From: Heptranchias perlo
Lineage: Eukaryota
Length of the DNA: 64,000 nt
NCBI RefSeq assembly: GCF_035084215.1
Contig: NC_090358.1
Location: forward strand, 15,686,001-15,750,000
Direction: 5' to 3'
Below, one piece after another: positions 37,992 through 52,000 of the stretch. Position 1 is the first letter of the stretch. Every line of letters starts with the position of its first letter. Under the pieces are notes generated by a model. It saw nothing but the letters and a program-made list of their open reading frames with translations. It did not search any database and was not told the origin of the DNA. Made by a program: the position numbers and the translations under genes.

Positions 37992-38094
37992 CAATGCTCT
38001 GGATCGATCTGTGAGAAGTACAAGCTTATGGAGTGTACCTGTTCAAGCACTGAAGATGAAACCGAACTGTGCCATGTCTGCTGTATGGAGAAAC
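37992..38094 (+). CDS. ADAM10: ADAM10 exon 13, cysteine-rich domain
   Basis: 103 nt, AG/GT; [34 protein letters not shown]. Confidence 0.95.
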
Positions 38095-38267
38095 GTAAGT
38101 GCTATGTGATATTTGAAGATGAGTAAGAACTCCAATTTTCAGGTGGTGACGGACCAAACTTGATTCTAGCAGTCACGTTATATAGTTCATCTAATGGTTC
38201 TATGACATGTTTAAAATAGGTAATAAAAAGGAATTTAAAAAAAAAATTGGATCCCCCCCCACCACCA

Positions 38268-38463
38268 AAGGCCAGTAGCTGAAGGTATGATGTGGGTATG
38301 TCAAATGAGGTCAGGCTCATCTGTGATGTCCTCCGTAGTCAAATTGCCTGCCAGCACTCACTGTCTAGGCTCACACATGAAGAATATACATTTGGATGAG
38401 GTACCAATGCCTGTGGAGCTCAGTCCCAGTGACAGTCAGTGTCTTTAGTGAGGGGGAGGGAAA
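38268..38463 (+). mobile_element. Ancient SINE 3' fragment (LF-SINE-like, tentative)
   Basis: CACTCACTGTCTAGGCTCACACATGAAGAAT...GAGGTAC motif recalled from this SINE type; related copy at 61275-61570. Confidence 0.45.
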
Positions 38464-38860
38464 GTTAATGCTTTATTTGAGCATCATTGTATAATACAAA
38501 GTAATATATGCATAATAGGGCACAACTTTGCAAGTGTAAGCCTCGCAGCACTGAATTGGCAGGCATTTTTATGTAAAGACTTCCGTTGCCCTCTGCACTG
38601 CATCGCGTTGATGGCATTAACTGTACTTGCAGCCCAACACCAAAAGTGAAGATAACCTCCATTACTGAAGTGAGCCTAATATTTTTGTGAGCCACAGCAA
38701 AGCTTTGTTTTATGGATCTGTAGTGTCAGTGCTGCAGAAATAGTAAAATCATGTAGTTAACATTAGCCTAAGTATTTAATGTGCAGTTTGGAACAGAATA
38801 GCTGGTTGTATGCTTTCTGATATCTTGCAAAACTTCATCTTTTCAATGTACTTTTTACAG

Positions 38861-39081
38861 ATAACCCATCAACATGTGCAAGTACTGGGTCAGAGAAGTG
38901 GCACAATCACTTCAATCATACCACCATCACACTACAGCCTGGCTCACCCTGCAATGATTTCAAAGGCTACTGTGATGTCTTTACTAGATGTAGACTTGTT
39001 GATGCAGATGGTCCATTGGCCAGGCTAAAGAAAGCAATCTTTAATCCAGAGCTTTATGAAAATATTGCTGAATGGATTGTG
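38861..39081 (+). CDS. ADAM10: ADAM10 exon 14, cysteine-rich/stalk region
   Basis: 221 nt, AG/GT; [73 protein letters not shown]. Confidence 0.97.
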
Positions 39082-39519
39082 GTAAGTAAATTTGATAAAG
39101 GTAGTGTAGTTTGAGAAGCATGCTGTGACTATACCTTGAGTCGTGGCTCAATTGTATGTATTTAGCAGTAAGGGAAAAATCAAACCGTTTATGTACAGCA
39201 ATTCTTTGATAAAATTGATAATTTGTATTAGCAGGAAGATACTTTGTATTTCATCTTTCTTAATTTATATAAGGTACACTAGCTGTTAACAGCTTGATCT
39301 TTTCCACATGTTCCTGTTAAAGGAATTTTGATGTGTATAATGGTTTGGTTAGCTTTGATGAAGTATGTCTCCACTGCCTAAACCAGAAAATGTGCAAAGA
39401 TGCACCCTTTTGGTGCTATACCATTACACTTTGCCACATAATGGTAAGAAACAGATTTGCATCTGCAGCTCTCCTCATGGTGAGTTCTTGATCTCTGTTG
39501 TGGCCTTGGTGTAAGATAT

Positions 39520-39873
39520 CTAATGTTAGAGAGTTGAATTATGAAGAAACATTGAAAAAACTTGGGTTCTTCAACATTGAAAGGAGATGATTTTATACCT
39601 TTTACTGAGATATATGCAAGATATTAAACAGTACAATTGAAGATAGGATAAGGAGACACAGGTTCGTAGTAGTGAAAGGCAAATTTAGGAACCTATGTCA
39701 GGAAGCTCTTCAAGCAAAGAGTAACACCCGGAATAATTTTTGTATAGGGTAGGGCTAAAACTCTGGAATTATCGAAAGGATAATTTAATGCTATCATCAA
39801 GGCTGGGAGAAAAAGTGGATTTTTCTAGAATGAGGACCTAAGAATGGCCTTCCTCATCAATATTTTTCTTGTG
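39520..39873 (+). mobile_element. Highly decayed CR1 3' end
   Basis: LNYEETLKKLGFFNIERR remnant, GTGAAAGGCAAATTTAGG, GAATGGCCTTCCTC tail. Confidence 0.65.
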
Positions 39874-41511
39874 AAGAAGCTAAGTGGTGGGAGGAAATAT
39901 TTAGATAGTGTCATTGCAGTGGTTCTTGCCTACCTCATTGGCTGGCATTGGTAGAGGCCTGTGAGAAAGTTGTCTGGCTGACCTCTTGGGGTATGGTTTA
40001 TAATGTGACAGAATCAGAAGAGGACAAAAGTAACTGCAAAATGATAATGTTTTTGTAAGATTATTAAAATTGACTGTTGTTGAATCGGACTATTTCTGAT
40101 GTGTGCTAATTCTTCCACACTCCTTGTTGTACAAGGTTCACCATGTACGACAAAAGTAGTAGAAGAACCCAGTATCATTGCAATCCCATCAGTCATAAGA
40201 TATTAAAGATTTTATGTTTTCAACCATCTGCATATGCATTTTAAAATCCTCCCTTGTTTGGCTGAACACTTGCTCCCTGACTTATCTGTGCTGCCCTTGG
40301 TTTCCCCTTCCTTACGTCACAACTCTAGCATTACATACAAACATGCTACATCACGACCACTCAACCTATACTCCTTAACAATAAAACATTACCTCTAACC
40401 AATTAGGTCCTTGCATAAGATGTTTTAAACTTTTAGCTGTGTTCAGTGTTTTAAGAAAGTCAGCACAAATTCAATAGTTATTTATAATTATTGAAGAATA
40501 AATGTACGTGCACCACATACAAGTATGTATCTTGCCCTTATATGTTCATTCTGGTTCGACAAGATCACAGTTATGCTATTTGCTTGTTTAACACATACAT
40601 AGGTGTAATTTTGCATTTTCTCTCTCAAATTAAGGCAAATGACTGAATTGTGCGTACATCAGTTACACCTGACTTCACACTCACAGTCCTTAACTTTTTT
40701 TAAAATTGCATGTAGCTAAGCGTCATTAGATTTTTCTTTCAGCTACATCCTGAGAGTTATTTTCAGTTAGCTTATGTTAAAGTTTTGCCTCTGGGAAAAA
40801 TGTTAGTTTAGAGATACTGGGCTAGGCTTTCCACACACCCCTGCAAATTTAAGCCACACAAATGAGTGAAACGTGGCCGCCATGTTTCTGACCATTTACA
40901 GTACAGGAGCACTGGACACAGAGGTCACCTGTTCGGAGCTTGATAGAGGGGGAACCAGGGCAGAACTGAAAGAGGGGCCTTTGTCAGCACTCTCTGAGCA
41001 TGGTCATGTATAGACCCCATTAGTAGGAAAGAGTTTAAGTAAACTTTTTTTTTATTTCTGGGTAGCACACTGAGCACCTCTTTGTCACTGCCCATTTCTG
41101 CCCTCAGACTGGTGCAACTTCCAGTAAGGGCCTGAAATCAGGCCAGGGTCAGTAGGGCATCAGTAGGCCGGGCAGAAGTGTCCACCAGCCTCACTTCTGG
41201 TGCAACAGCCACTTTCTGTATTGTCAAACTGTTGGAGTTGTTCAGGAACTTGGGGGGTGGTGGGGTGGGTGTCGAAACAAATGAGCGAATCAATGGGCCA
41301 TTTTAAATCCTTGATGGTGTTTTTTGATTTGATGATGCTTGTACATGTTTTTATAGGTTTATTTCTGGTAGACTACAATTTTGTTTGTTCTTCTGTTGTT
41401 TCTAGTAGTGTAATGATGTGATCTGATCCCTTGTTTTGAATCAATAAATGCATTTGGGTATGCTTAGCTGCAATTCCAGTACTGGGAGTAACTCTGCTTT
41501 GCTTTTTGTAG

Positions 41512-41638
41512 GCTCATTGGTGGGCAGTACTGCTCATGGGAATTGCTCTCATTATGTTGATGGCTGGATTTATTAAAATCTGCAGTGTGCATACTCCGAG
41601 CAGTAACCCCAAACTGCCACCTCCCAAACCACTCCCAG
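41512..41638 (+). CDS. ADAM10: ADAM10 exon 15, transmembrane helix and Pro-rich motif
   Basis: 127 nt, AG/GT; [42 protein letters not shown]. Confidence 0.98.
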
Positions 41639-42863
41639 GTAAGTAATCTATCTATTAAAAGATGTAAGAAAGCCTAGCATATTTCAGTGTAATACAGCAC
41701 ATTCTTGTGGGAACAAAACAGGCTACTTTAGTTGAATGTGATTTTAAATTTTAGGTTTGTTTGGTACAGTTGAGAATTGAAAACAACCTACAATTGCCAC
41801 TAACAGTACTCAAAGGAACTGTTAACTGTAAACAGGAGGATTCCTGTTTACCATCCATCACTCCCTTATTTTCCCCAGATTCTCTCTTTTTTTCCTAACC
41901 CTATCCCACAACAATGACTCTGGCACGTTCCCATCTTTTCTACTCTGTGACCAGGCAAGCATGTGCTCTAGGAGAAGCTAAAATTCAAATGTCAGATGAG
42001 ACTGATTCTGACTAGAGATTACTAACTTATAATCCAGTCCTTCAGTATTTGAACTACTGTCCACCCTTCAACCTATAGTTAATTGTACATCTTCAGAGTA
42101 TAAGCTTGAACTTATATTAATTTTTAAAATGCTTGTTATGGCATTTTGTGCAACACCATGATGTGCACTCATTAGAGCAAGTGTTGAAAGATTGACAATG
42201 CTGTTAATGTTTTTTTAATCCAATGATCTTCCTCCTGCTCCCCAATTAGATCCCCGCCAGCTTCTCCGTGACTGCTTTCAGTAGTGGTATGTGAATGGCC
42301 TACAGGAGCTGTGCTTCTATATGAGGGTGTGACTGGTCCTACCAGTCTTTCCCTCCCCTTAGAGATGGAGCAGACCGCTGCGCTAAAGTGCTCAATCTAG
42401 TGGCCTAGCTGAGAGCAAGCTGAAGTCTCTTACTGAGGGCAAATGAGCTCAAATATCGGTCAAAATTGAAATGTGAACTCCAACTCCTTTAAATGAAAAT
42501 CCAATTTGCTACCATATAGTGTACTTCATTCAGTCTAGAGTTTACCATGTAAATAGTTCCTGTTCTATACAGCTATCCTTTGAGTTAAAATTGTAAAAGG
42601 ATGCTTGTATGATATTTCCAAACATAATTTTTATGTTGACATGTTGTATGTTAATCACAAGTGTATTTGACTCTGCACTTAAAACTGCTCACCACCAAAC
42701 ACATCTTATCTTCCCCTCCCCTCCCAGCTTTGTGGCATTTGTTGAGCAAGATATTCCGCACACAGTATATGTTCAGTAGTGCTAAGCTTTAGAATAAATT
42801 CCACGCAGTCAATGCCATAAAAGTTGTAGAATGTCGCTGAAATGCTCTTTTTTTTTTCTGCAG

Positions 42864-42964
42864 GCACATTAAAAAGAAGACGACAGCAGCAGCAGCAACA
42901 GGCAACGCAACCGTCACGCCAGAGACCCAGAGAGAACTATCAGATGGGACATATGAGACGCTAA
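42864..42964 (+). CDS. ADAM10: ADAM10 last coding exon (16), cytoplasmic tail and stop
   Basis: tgcag| acceptor after a T-tract; GTLKRRRQQQQQQATQPSRQRPRENYQMGHMRR then TAA. Confidence 0.97.
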
Positions 42965-44789
42965 ACTGCAGCATTTGCCTTGGATCTTCCTAGTGCCTAC
43001 AGCAGGAAATTTCGCTCCAAAGAAAACCTGTTCCTGTCTTTGTCTCAAATCTGATAGAAAGCTTTTAGGTTCTAATATTAGAGGGAATTGGATTACTTGT
43101 GATGGATGCAATCTCCAATTCAAAATGGAGAAAACAAAATCCTCAGTGTCCCTTCTAATCCAGTCTTAATGATCAGATCATGTTTGGATTTTATTAAATC
43201 ATGTTTGGAAAGAAAGTTTTTGATGAGGCATCACAAAGTCACATGAGATTATTCTGCTCTTGGCCATTTGTGATCTTTCTCATTGCACAGATATGTGACT
43301 GTAGGTAATACTATTACTGCTGCCAATTTCAAGCTTTTATGTATGATAACTCAGCAATTTAGAAACTTATTTGACAAATTAACAGATCTTTTTTCCAAAC
43401 ATCAGCCTGTATTTCTAACTCGTACCCATACATCTTTCTGAAGTTGTATGCAAGTAACTTGATATGGATTTAGCTGTAATGCATAAATTTCTGCTGTTTA
43501 AAAAAAATTGCTGTTTAATTGCCACACTCAGGATAATGCAAGACGCAAATAATCTAAAAGACCTCTCAATATTTATAGCAGCTGTGAGATGGTAAAATCA
43601 TGAAATTTGGCTTTAAATTTATAATCTTTATTGCCACCATTTCTTTAACTGATATGAGTGATGAATAGCTGCTGAGGTGTACAGCTCTAGACTGAATGCT
43701 CTGGATTGGGGATGTGATAGTCGTAATGCATACAAGTTTAATAAATTATGATTGTTTAAGATTTAGTGTAAAATTGGCAATATTTGATTTCATTTTAGGG
43801 AATATAGTCAGCTAGTGTGTTCTGAATTTTGCTGAAAATTGGTGCGGATTTGCCTGGATAACATTTTCAGCTTTTGCTTTATGGCGTGTGGAAAGAATTG
43901 TGACAAATCGTTTTTATATTTTGGAATTTAGGTTTGAGATTTGGGATTATATTTTTTTTAAATGCATACTTCTGTGAATTCTGATAATTACAAGGGCAAC
44001 CACTGAACAGCAGGTGCTCCGCTTTTACAAAGAGCAATAGCTCTTTAGGGGGAGTTTAGATATTTCTATTTACTAAGAATTGAAACTGCTGAATTGCAAA
44101 TTATAAATTCAACAAAAAATAGTGTTTACTTGGACATATTCAGAAAAAAATTGGATGTCAGGCAGACAGGCCAAAACACTAAAAAAGCATGATCTATTTT
44201 CCTCTTTTAAATAGTAAAAACTTGTACAGTAGTCAAGAACATTTTTCAAAATACAACTTTTTGTACATGATTTAGAAAAAGATTTTGTATTGGAAACCCT
44301 ACAATTAATGTGTGATTCTGCGGAATCCTGAATGATCTTAACAATTGGAAATAAAGGTTTCTTTTTACTTTTGAATCATCTTCTTTTGTTTTACATTGTG
44401 CGGGCTGAAAGTGGGTCTGTGTTCCAAACAATGATGGAGCTTTTCAAAGGCGTATTTAAGAAAAATCTGGAGTATTAGACATTTCATATGGTGATATTTT
44501 GCTTGTATTATCCTGTGGTAGGACATAGGCAGGACTCAACTGCCTAGTTTTTTATTTCAAGTTTTAAAACCTCATTCAAGAGATGTGCACTGAACCATAC
44601 ATTTCAAGATTAGTTCTGATAGGAATGAAGAATCCTCCAAAAGAAGACAAAATCAATACTACTGTCACATTTTAATTCCCACTGTGTTTTATACAGTATC
44701 ATTTTGTTCACTGGGAAAATTTTTACTAAAAGTTGCAAGAAGTATTGTGCAAAGATATGTAAGTTTTTTTGAAGTACTTGAAATGCATT

Positions 44790-44820
44790 AATAAAGAATA
44801 GACTTGATCGACCAAATAAA
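44790..44820 (+). terminator. Candidate ADAM10 polyadenylation signals (two AATAAA)
   Basis: AATAAA at 44790-44795 and 44815-44820 followed by a T-rich tract, about 1.85 kb after the stop; other AATAAA exist earlier in the UTR. Confidence 0.45.
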
Positions 44821-47750
44821 TGTCTTATTTTATTGAAGTTAATCTTAACTGAGTCCTAAAGAAGCATCATCCAGTCCTAGAGTAAGAAGTTCCTTCTCAT
44901 CCTTTTCAGATTAGGGTTGCTGTTATTTCAGAAAATGAATATTATTAAAAATTGGAATGTCTCAACTGATATAGTAATTTTTGTTTCAAAGTCCTGTTTG
45001 ACGTCTTAGACTGTTTAATCAGAGGATTTAGACTGAATGCTGCTTTAAAGTAATGTCCCATACTCAGCTCAAATGTGTATTACTGCATTTACTGAAACAT
45101 TTTTTCTTTGCTCTATATGTGACTGAACTGACATGTAGTTTTTGACTTTTTGCAAAGGAGAGGTCCCCAAAATCTGGCTTTTTTTAAAAAAAACAAATTG
45201 TGTTGAAGGCTCTCAATTGGATTGGAAAAATGCAGCTTTTCTTCCCTATAGTAACTTCCTACAGACTTGCATGAAAAGTGTGCTTTCCACCCCCCCCCCC
45301 CCCCCCAACCATATCCAAAAATTGGTATGTGGGTGGAGAAGAACTTTAAATGTGATACATGTGTTTAGTATCAGCATACTTTAAGTTTTCCCGCTTGTTC
45401 CTGCAGGTCCTTCCTCCTCATGAAGATCACAACAGCAGTTTTTAACTGGCAACTTCTGCTGATTCTGCATCAAACTTCACAAAACAGAGCAGAGGGAAGC
45501 AATACTACAGTTGTAGGCACTGAATAAAAATAATAGCCTGAAACATCAGTAATTACTATATTGTTACAATAGTCATTTGGAGTGAAGATAGAAATGCCTG
45601 TTCAACAATATGTATTCTCAGTATGGGTAGGTGTGTCTGCAATCTGCATTGCATTGCAACAGAAAGATAAGTGCACATCAGACAGTGTGCTCAAGTCACA
45701 ATTTTTATTCCATTAGGTGGGTGAAATGGAGTTAATGCAGTATGCAAAGCCTCCAAAAGTTTCCATTCCATTGCCATCTAATTGGTCTCTACATGAAATC
45801 TATCACCGGGATGGAATTATGTTAAACTGGGATAGGTTTAGAATACAAGATTTGTATCATCTGCTGGAGATTGGATTTGGGTAGATGTCTGCCTTTGACC
45901 TATATTTTCAGTGTGAATGAAACACTTATACACTCTATTGTTAGTGCAATGAGACATCTGCTACTGCAGACTTGTCAAATGCTCTATGGTCTCTGAAAGC
46001 AGGAAAACCGCATCACCTGCTGCCGGGCCCAGCTGTCAGTGGCTTCTACTCCTTACAGATGCAGAGACCTGAAACCAGAGTGAGGGAAGCAAAACAGAAA
46101 TGTAATTTTAAAATTTTTTTTCAGCTATTCTAAACTTTAATAAAGATGAACAATATGAAGACCCTAAGTGGAAATTTTATTTTTTTAGGACTTTGAACGA
46201 GAATGTGCATTTTTGATTTGGCTTGGTCAAAATGTCTCAAACAAATTTGCTATTTTTTTCCTCTTTTTCTCCTGCCCCTCCACCCCCCCCAAACAATTAA
46301 TGTGGCCTTTTGGAAAGTGGACCTAAAGAATTTATCTCCACAAACAGGTGTGTGGGGGGAACAAAAATAAATCAGCAAGGGGCAATGGCTCTATCATTTT
46401 GCTGGTTTTAATTTCTTTAAGCAATTCAGTAAGAAGCAATGAGTCAACATTGATTGCCTTTTTTTCTGCAGTATATTGGTTATTTATACCATTGTAGTGG
46501 TTTTTGGTTACATCGCATCAGTGAGAGACTTTAAAGCTATTACTGCAGTTGAAATGTGATTCCTATCAATCTTACTGTCACAATGTGAGAAAAAGAATGA
46601 AGCTTAGTGAGGAGCCTGAAGCAAAACAATATTGGATGTATATTAAATGCAATCGTATTTTCTATTAAACATAGTGTTCTCTTTATTGGATACTATTACA
46701 AAACAGGTTGAGTTCCCAACTAAACCATGAGAGAGATTTTATATTCTATAGGATCTGTAATATGCCAAGTTTTGGGGTGATAAAGTAAATCATCTAGGGG
46801 TTGCATGTATGAACCTATTGCGATCAGTGGATACATGTTTATTGAACTCTTTATTTTAACCGAATGATTACTCTGTACCACAGTATATTCATACTGACCA
46901 GAAATCTAACTGAACACAACGTCATTGAGCTTCAATCATATAACTGCCATTTGTGGCTGTTGAGATGTTTTATATTTAAGTCTTTTGGGATCCCTCCAAG
47001 TAGGAAACTTCAATTTGTAGCTTCTGTCACAAATTTGAGAATACTTTGGCAGTAAGAGGCAGTCATCAGTTTATGATTGGATGTTTAGAAATAAAGGTGG
47101 TAGTATTGGTTAACATTTCGTGGGATGTGATGAATGAGGGAGACTAAATGTTATTTGTCATTGAAAGGTTTTGCCCAAAGAAAACATTTCTGAATGTCCC
47201 TTTAAACATATTTAAATTGTATGTATGCTTGAATGCATTCAGAAATGGATCTTAATTGTATTGTTCCCACCCTTCCTGTTTTAGTCACAGTCCTGTTTTT
47301 AGCCTTCACTCAGTAACCAGTTTGTGCTAAGTCACTTGCCTCTGTAGATAACAGGCATATTATTAGTCACAAGTGCTGAATTTCAGTAAGTCACAATCCC
47401 AAATTAAATTTCATGCCCTTAGTATCTATATTCTTCAGAAACTATTTTGTGCTTGTTGTAAAAAAAAAATTACACCACCAACTTTTTAAAACAAACTCTT
47501 CATTTCATAAGTCAGGCCTATTTTTCTAAAGACAAACTTTTTTGGTAAAGTGAGTTAATCTCATCAGGATGTTAATTTTAATACAAAGTATATTTATATG
47601 CCTAATGAGTACCTTTTGACCCCGTGATGAGAATTCTATTATCCCTTGCTCTTAATATAATGTCAGGAACTTCTTACAAAGCTGTTTCTGCAACAGTATT
47701 TACTGTTCTACAAAATGTTTTTAATCCATCTGTATAGATTTGGGAATTTC

Positions 47751-47756
47751 TTTATT
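47751..47756 (-). terminator. Candidate LIPC polyadenylation signal
   Basis: AATAAA on the - strand about 120 nt after the LIPC stop. Confidence 0.45.
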
Positions 47757-47877
47757 GCAATTGCGATTAATATATTTACACTTTCCTTCAGTCATAAAGT
47801 GTTTAAATTATCAGCTGGAACATGTTTCTGATTTTTGAATAAATTCTGTGAACTGATGATCTCGATTTCAGCTTGCC

Positions 47878-48007
47878 TTAAGTTGATATTTTGTGCTTCA
47901 GTCTTCTGTGACGACTTCTGCTTCTGTCACCTTTGCACCTAACAAACGTTTTCTCTTGGGCTGGTTGAATATGCATATTGGTGGTGTTTAAGGAACAGAG
48001 AGTAACT
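47878..48007 (-). CDS. LIPC: Hepatic lipase exon 9 (last coding exon), basic heparin-binding-like tail and stop
   Basis: ttctag| acceptor; VTLCSLNTTNMHIQPAQEKTFVRCKGDRSRSRHRRLKHKIST then TAA. Confidence 0.93.
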
Positions 48008-49009
48008 CTAGAAAGATTTAAAAATAAAGTTAATTCTGTTCAATCCTTAATCACTCACTGGCAATGACACAGTGGGATTTTTGTCACTGATGATCGTAAC
48101 CTGATTCTGAACAGTTTGTGAACTATTTAAGCATTGTGATTGGCTGGCTGAGAATCATGTAATCATGCCCCCTCCACCATTTGTACTAATAACCGTTTAT
48201 TGTTACTGCCACGGAATCTAGACAATCATAGGTCATAGTGAAAAGTGAATTAAAAAAAAAAATTAAAATACAGATATGCCTTCATGGCAATATTGAAGGT
48301 GTTCAGAGTTTAGCACAATTTGGAAAATTTTGGTGTATTTCAAGAAAACCTACATATGTGCAAATAAGATGCAAAGAATTATTGGTAAAATCCTAATCTA
48401 CATGCTCACTAATCCTAAAACACAAACCTGTAAATAAGCTTTTACAAAGCCACACAACCCCATTTTCCCCAAACTTTCAGCAAGTAGCATCAGACTCACT
48501 TTACTGTGCGTTTGGATTTGTAGGGTATCACTAAATGCTGCACTGTTGAATACCAGTGTGAAACATTCAAAGGGAGGTATAGGCACCAGTGCGAATTCAA
48601 ATCATAATTGTCTTGATTTGTGTTGATTCATTCTTGAAGAGTTTAATAATTATAGCAAAATGATTAAATCACTGTCTCCTTATGCTTTTCAAATTGACAG
48701 TTGAGTACAAATTGTGGACCAACATCAATAAAGGTTACAGTTGCCAACAGGCCAATGTGGATGATTGGCATACATGTCTGATGCATAGAATCTGAATGGT
48801 AAGTCTAATTTTTTTGTTAATGTAAACTTTGGGAATAACTCAGTTCTGTAGAGGATCAGTTATCAATCTGAATAGAGACGAAAGGCTTTCTATTGGCCCT
48901 AGGAATGCATATGTTGTTCTTTGATTGTAACATCCTTATATAGAGACATATAATTTGAACTCATGCACTTTTAAGGATGGGAGAATGGATTTGATTGCAT
49001 AGATGATAT

Positions 49010-52000
49010 ATTGTAGCAACCAACAACATAGGTAGAACTAGGAATGAGGTTCTGCTGAGGGAGTTTGAGGAGCTAGGGTCCAAATTAAAAAGCAGAACCT
49101 CAAAGGTGATAATCTCTGGATTACTACTTGAGCCACGTGCAAATTGGCATTGGGACAAACAGATTAGATGGTTAAATGCATAGTTGAAAGAGTGGTGTAG
49201 GAAGCAAGGGTTTCAATTCATGGGGCACTTGCACCAGTACTAGCGAAAGAGGGAGCTGTTCCATTGGGACGGCTCCACTTAAACTGAGCTGGGACCAGTG
49301 TCCTAGTGAATCGAACAACCAGGGCAGTAGATAGGGCTTTAAACTAATAAGGGGCGGCGGGGGAGAGTTCAGGTAAAGGTAAATTTATAAGTCTAAAGAG
49401 AAAATTAAAGGCTGTGGAGCAGAATAGTGATTTGGGTTAAAAACAAAGTGTGTGTCAGGAAGGGACAAAGTTTAAGAAAGGTAATAGGGCATTAGTGACT
49501 AAGGTCACATCAGGGAAAAATAGTAAAAAGTTAAAATTAAAGGCGCTATATCTGAATGCACGAAGCATTCGTAACAAGATAGATGAATTAATAGCACAGA
49601 GATAAATGGGTTTGATCTAGTAGCCATTACTGAGACGTGGTTGCAAGGTGACCAAGGATGGGAACTAAATATTCCAGGGTACTTGACTTTCAGAAAAGAT
49701 AGGTAAAATAGAAAAGGGTGGGGTGGGGTGGGGTGGGGCCCTGATAATAAGGGATGAGATAAAGACAGTAGTGAGTAGTGAGAAAGGATCTAAGCTCAGA
49801 AAATCAGGAAGTAGAATCAGTATGGGTGGAGCTAAGAAATAACAAGGGACAGCAAACACTGGTGGGAGTGGCTTATAGGCCCCCTAACATAAGTTTATAG
49901 TGTTGGACAGAGTATAAATCAGGAAATTAGAGGAGCAGGGGTAATGCAGTAATCGTGGGGGATTTTAATCTTCATATAGACTGGGCAAACCAAATTGGCA
50001 AAAGTAGTTTGGAGGATGAGTTCATGGAATGTGTTCAAGACAGTTTTCTAGAACAATATGACGAACCAACTAGAACAGGCTATTTTAGATCTTGTGTAAT
50101 GAGACTGGGTTAATTAGTAATCTTATAGTTAAGGATCCTCTGGCGATGAGTGATCATCATATGATAGAATTTCATATTGCATTCGAGAGTGATGTAGTTA
50201 AGTCTGAAACTAAGGTCTTAAATTTAAACAAAGCCAATCATGTAGGTATGAGGGGCGAGTTGGCTAAGGTAGATTGGAAAATTAGATTAAAAGATATGAT
50301 AGATAAACAATGGTGAATATTTAAAGAAATATTTCATAATTCTCAATGAATATACATTCCATTGAGGAATAAAAGCTCCACTGGAAAAATGATCCAACCG
50401 TGGCGAACTAGAAAATTTAAGGATAGTTTTAGATTAATACTAAGAGGCTTACAGTGTTGCTAAAAAGAGTAGTAAGCCTGAGGATTGGGAGAGTTTTAGA
50501 AATCAGCAAAGGATGACAAAGAAATTGATAGAGGGAGAAAATTGAATGAGGGTAAACTAGCAAGAAATATAAAAACAGATTGTAAGGGCTTTTACAAGTA
50601 TGTAAAAAGGAAGAGATTAGTGGGTCCCTTAGAGGCTGAGACAGGAGAAATTATAATGGGGAATAAGGAAATGGCAGAGATGTTAAACAAATATTTTATA
50701 TTTGTCTTCACAGCAGAAGACACAAAAAAAATCGGAAATAGTGGGGAACCAAGGGTCTAATGAGAATGAGGAACTTAAAGCAATTAAGATTAGTAAAGAA
50801 AAAGTACTGGAGAAATTAATGTGACTAAAAGCTGACAAATCCTCTGGACCTGATGGCCTACGTCCGAGGGTTCTAAAAGAGGTGGCGACAGAGATAGTGG
50901 ATGCATTGGTTGTGATCTTCCAGAATTCCCTAGATTCTGTAACGGTCCCCGTGGCCTGGAAGGCAGCAAATGTAACCCCGCTACTCAAGAAAGGAGGGAG
51001 AGAGAAACCAGGGAACTACAGGCCAGTTAGCCTGATATCGGTAGGGAAAATACTAGAATCTATTAAGGAAGTGGCAGCAGGGCACTTAAAAAATCATAAT
51101 ATGATCATGCAAAGTCAGCATGGTTTTATGAAAGGGAAATCGTGTTTGACAAATCTATTAGTTTTTTGAGGATGTAACTAGCAGGGTGGATAAAGGGGAT
51201 CCAGTGGATGTAATATATTTGGATTTTCAAAAGGCATTCGATAAGCTGCCACACAAGAGGTTGTTACACAAGATTAGGACTCATAGGATTGGGGGTAATA
51301 TATTAGCATTGGTTGAGAATTGGTTAATGGACCAAAAGCAGAGAGTAGGAATAAACGGGTCATTTTCAGGCTAGCAGGTTGTAACTAATAGGGTGCCGCC
51401 AGGATCGGTGCTTGGGCCTCAGCTGTTTACAATCTATATCAATGATTTAGATGAGGGGACCGAGTGTAATGTATCCAAGTTTGCTGACGATACAAAGTTA
51501 GGTAGGGAAATAAGCTGTGAGGAGGATGCATAGAGGCTGCAAAGAGATATAGGCAGGTTAACTGGGCGAGAAGGTGGCAGATGGAGTATAATGTGGGGAA
51601 ATGTGAAATTATCCACTTTGGTAGCAAGAATAGAAAGGCAGAATATTTTTTAAAAGGTGAGAGTCTAAGAAATGTTGGTAGAGAGATTTGTGTGTCCTTG
51701 TACATGAATCACAGAAAGTTAACATGCAGGAACAGCAAGCAATTAGGAAGGCAAATGATATGTTAGCCTTTATTGCAAGGGGGTTGGAATATAAGAGTGA
51801 GGAGGTCTTGCTGCAATTATATAGGGCTCTGGTGAGACCACAACTGGAGAACTGTGTACAGTTTTGGTCGCATTACCTAAGGAAGGATATACTTGCCTTA
51901 GAGGGGGTGCAACGAAGGTTCACTAAATTGATTCCTGGGATGAGAGGATTGTCCTATGAGGAGAGATTTAATAGACTGGGCCTATACTGTCTGGAGTTTA

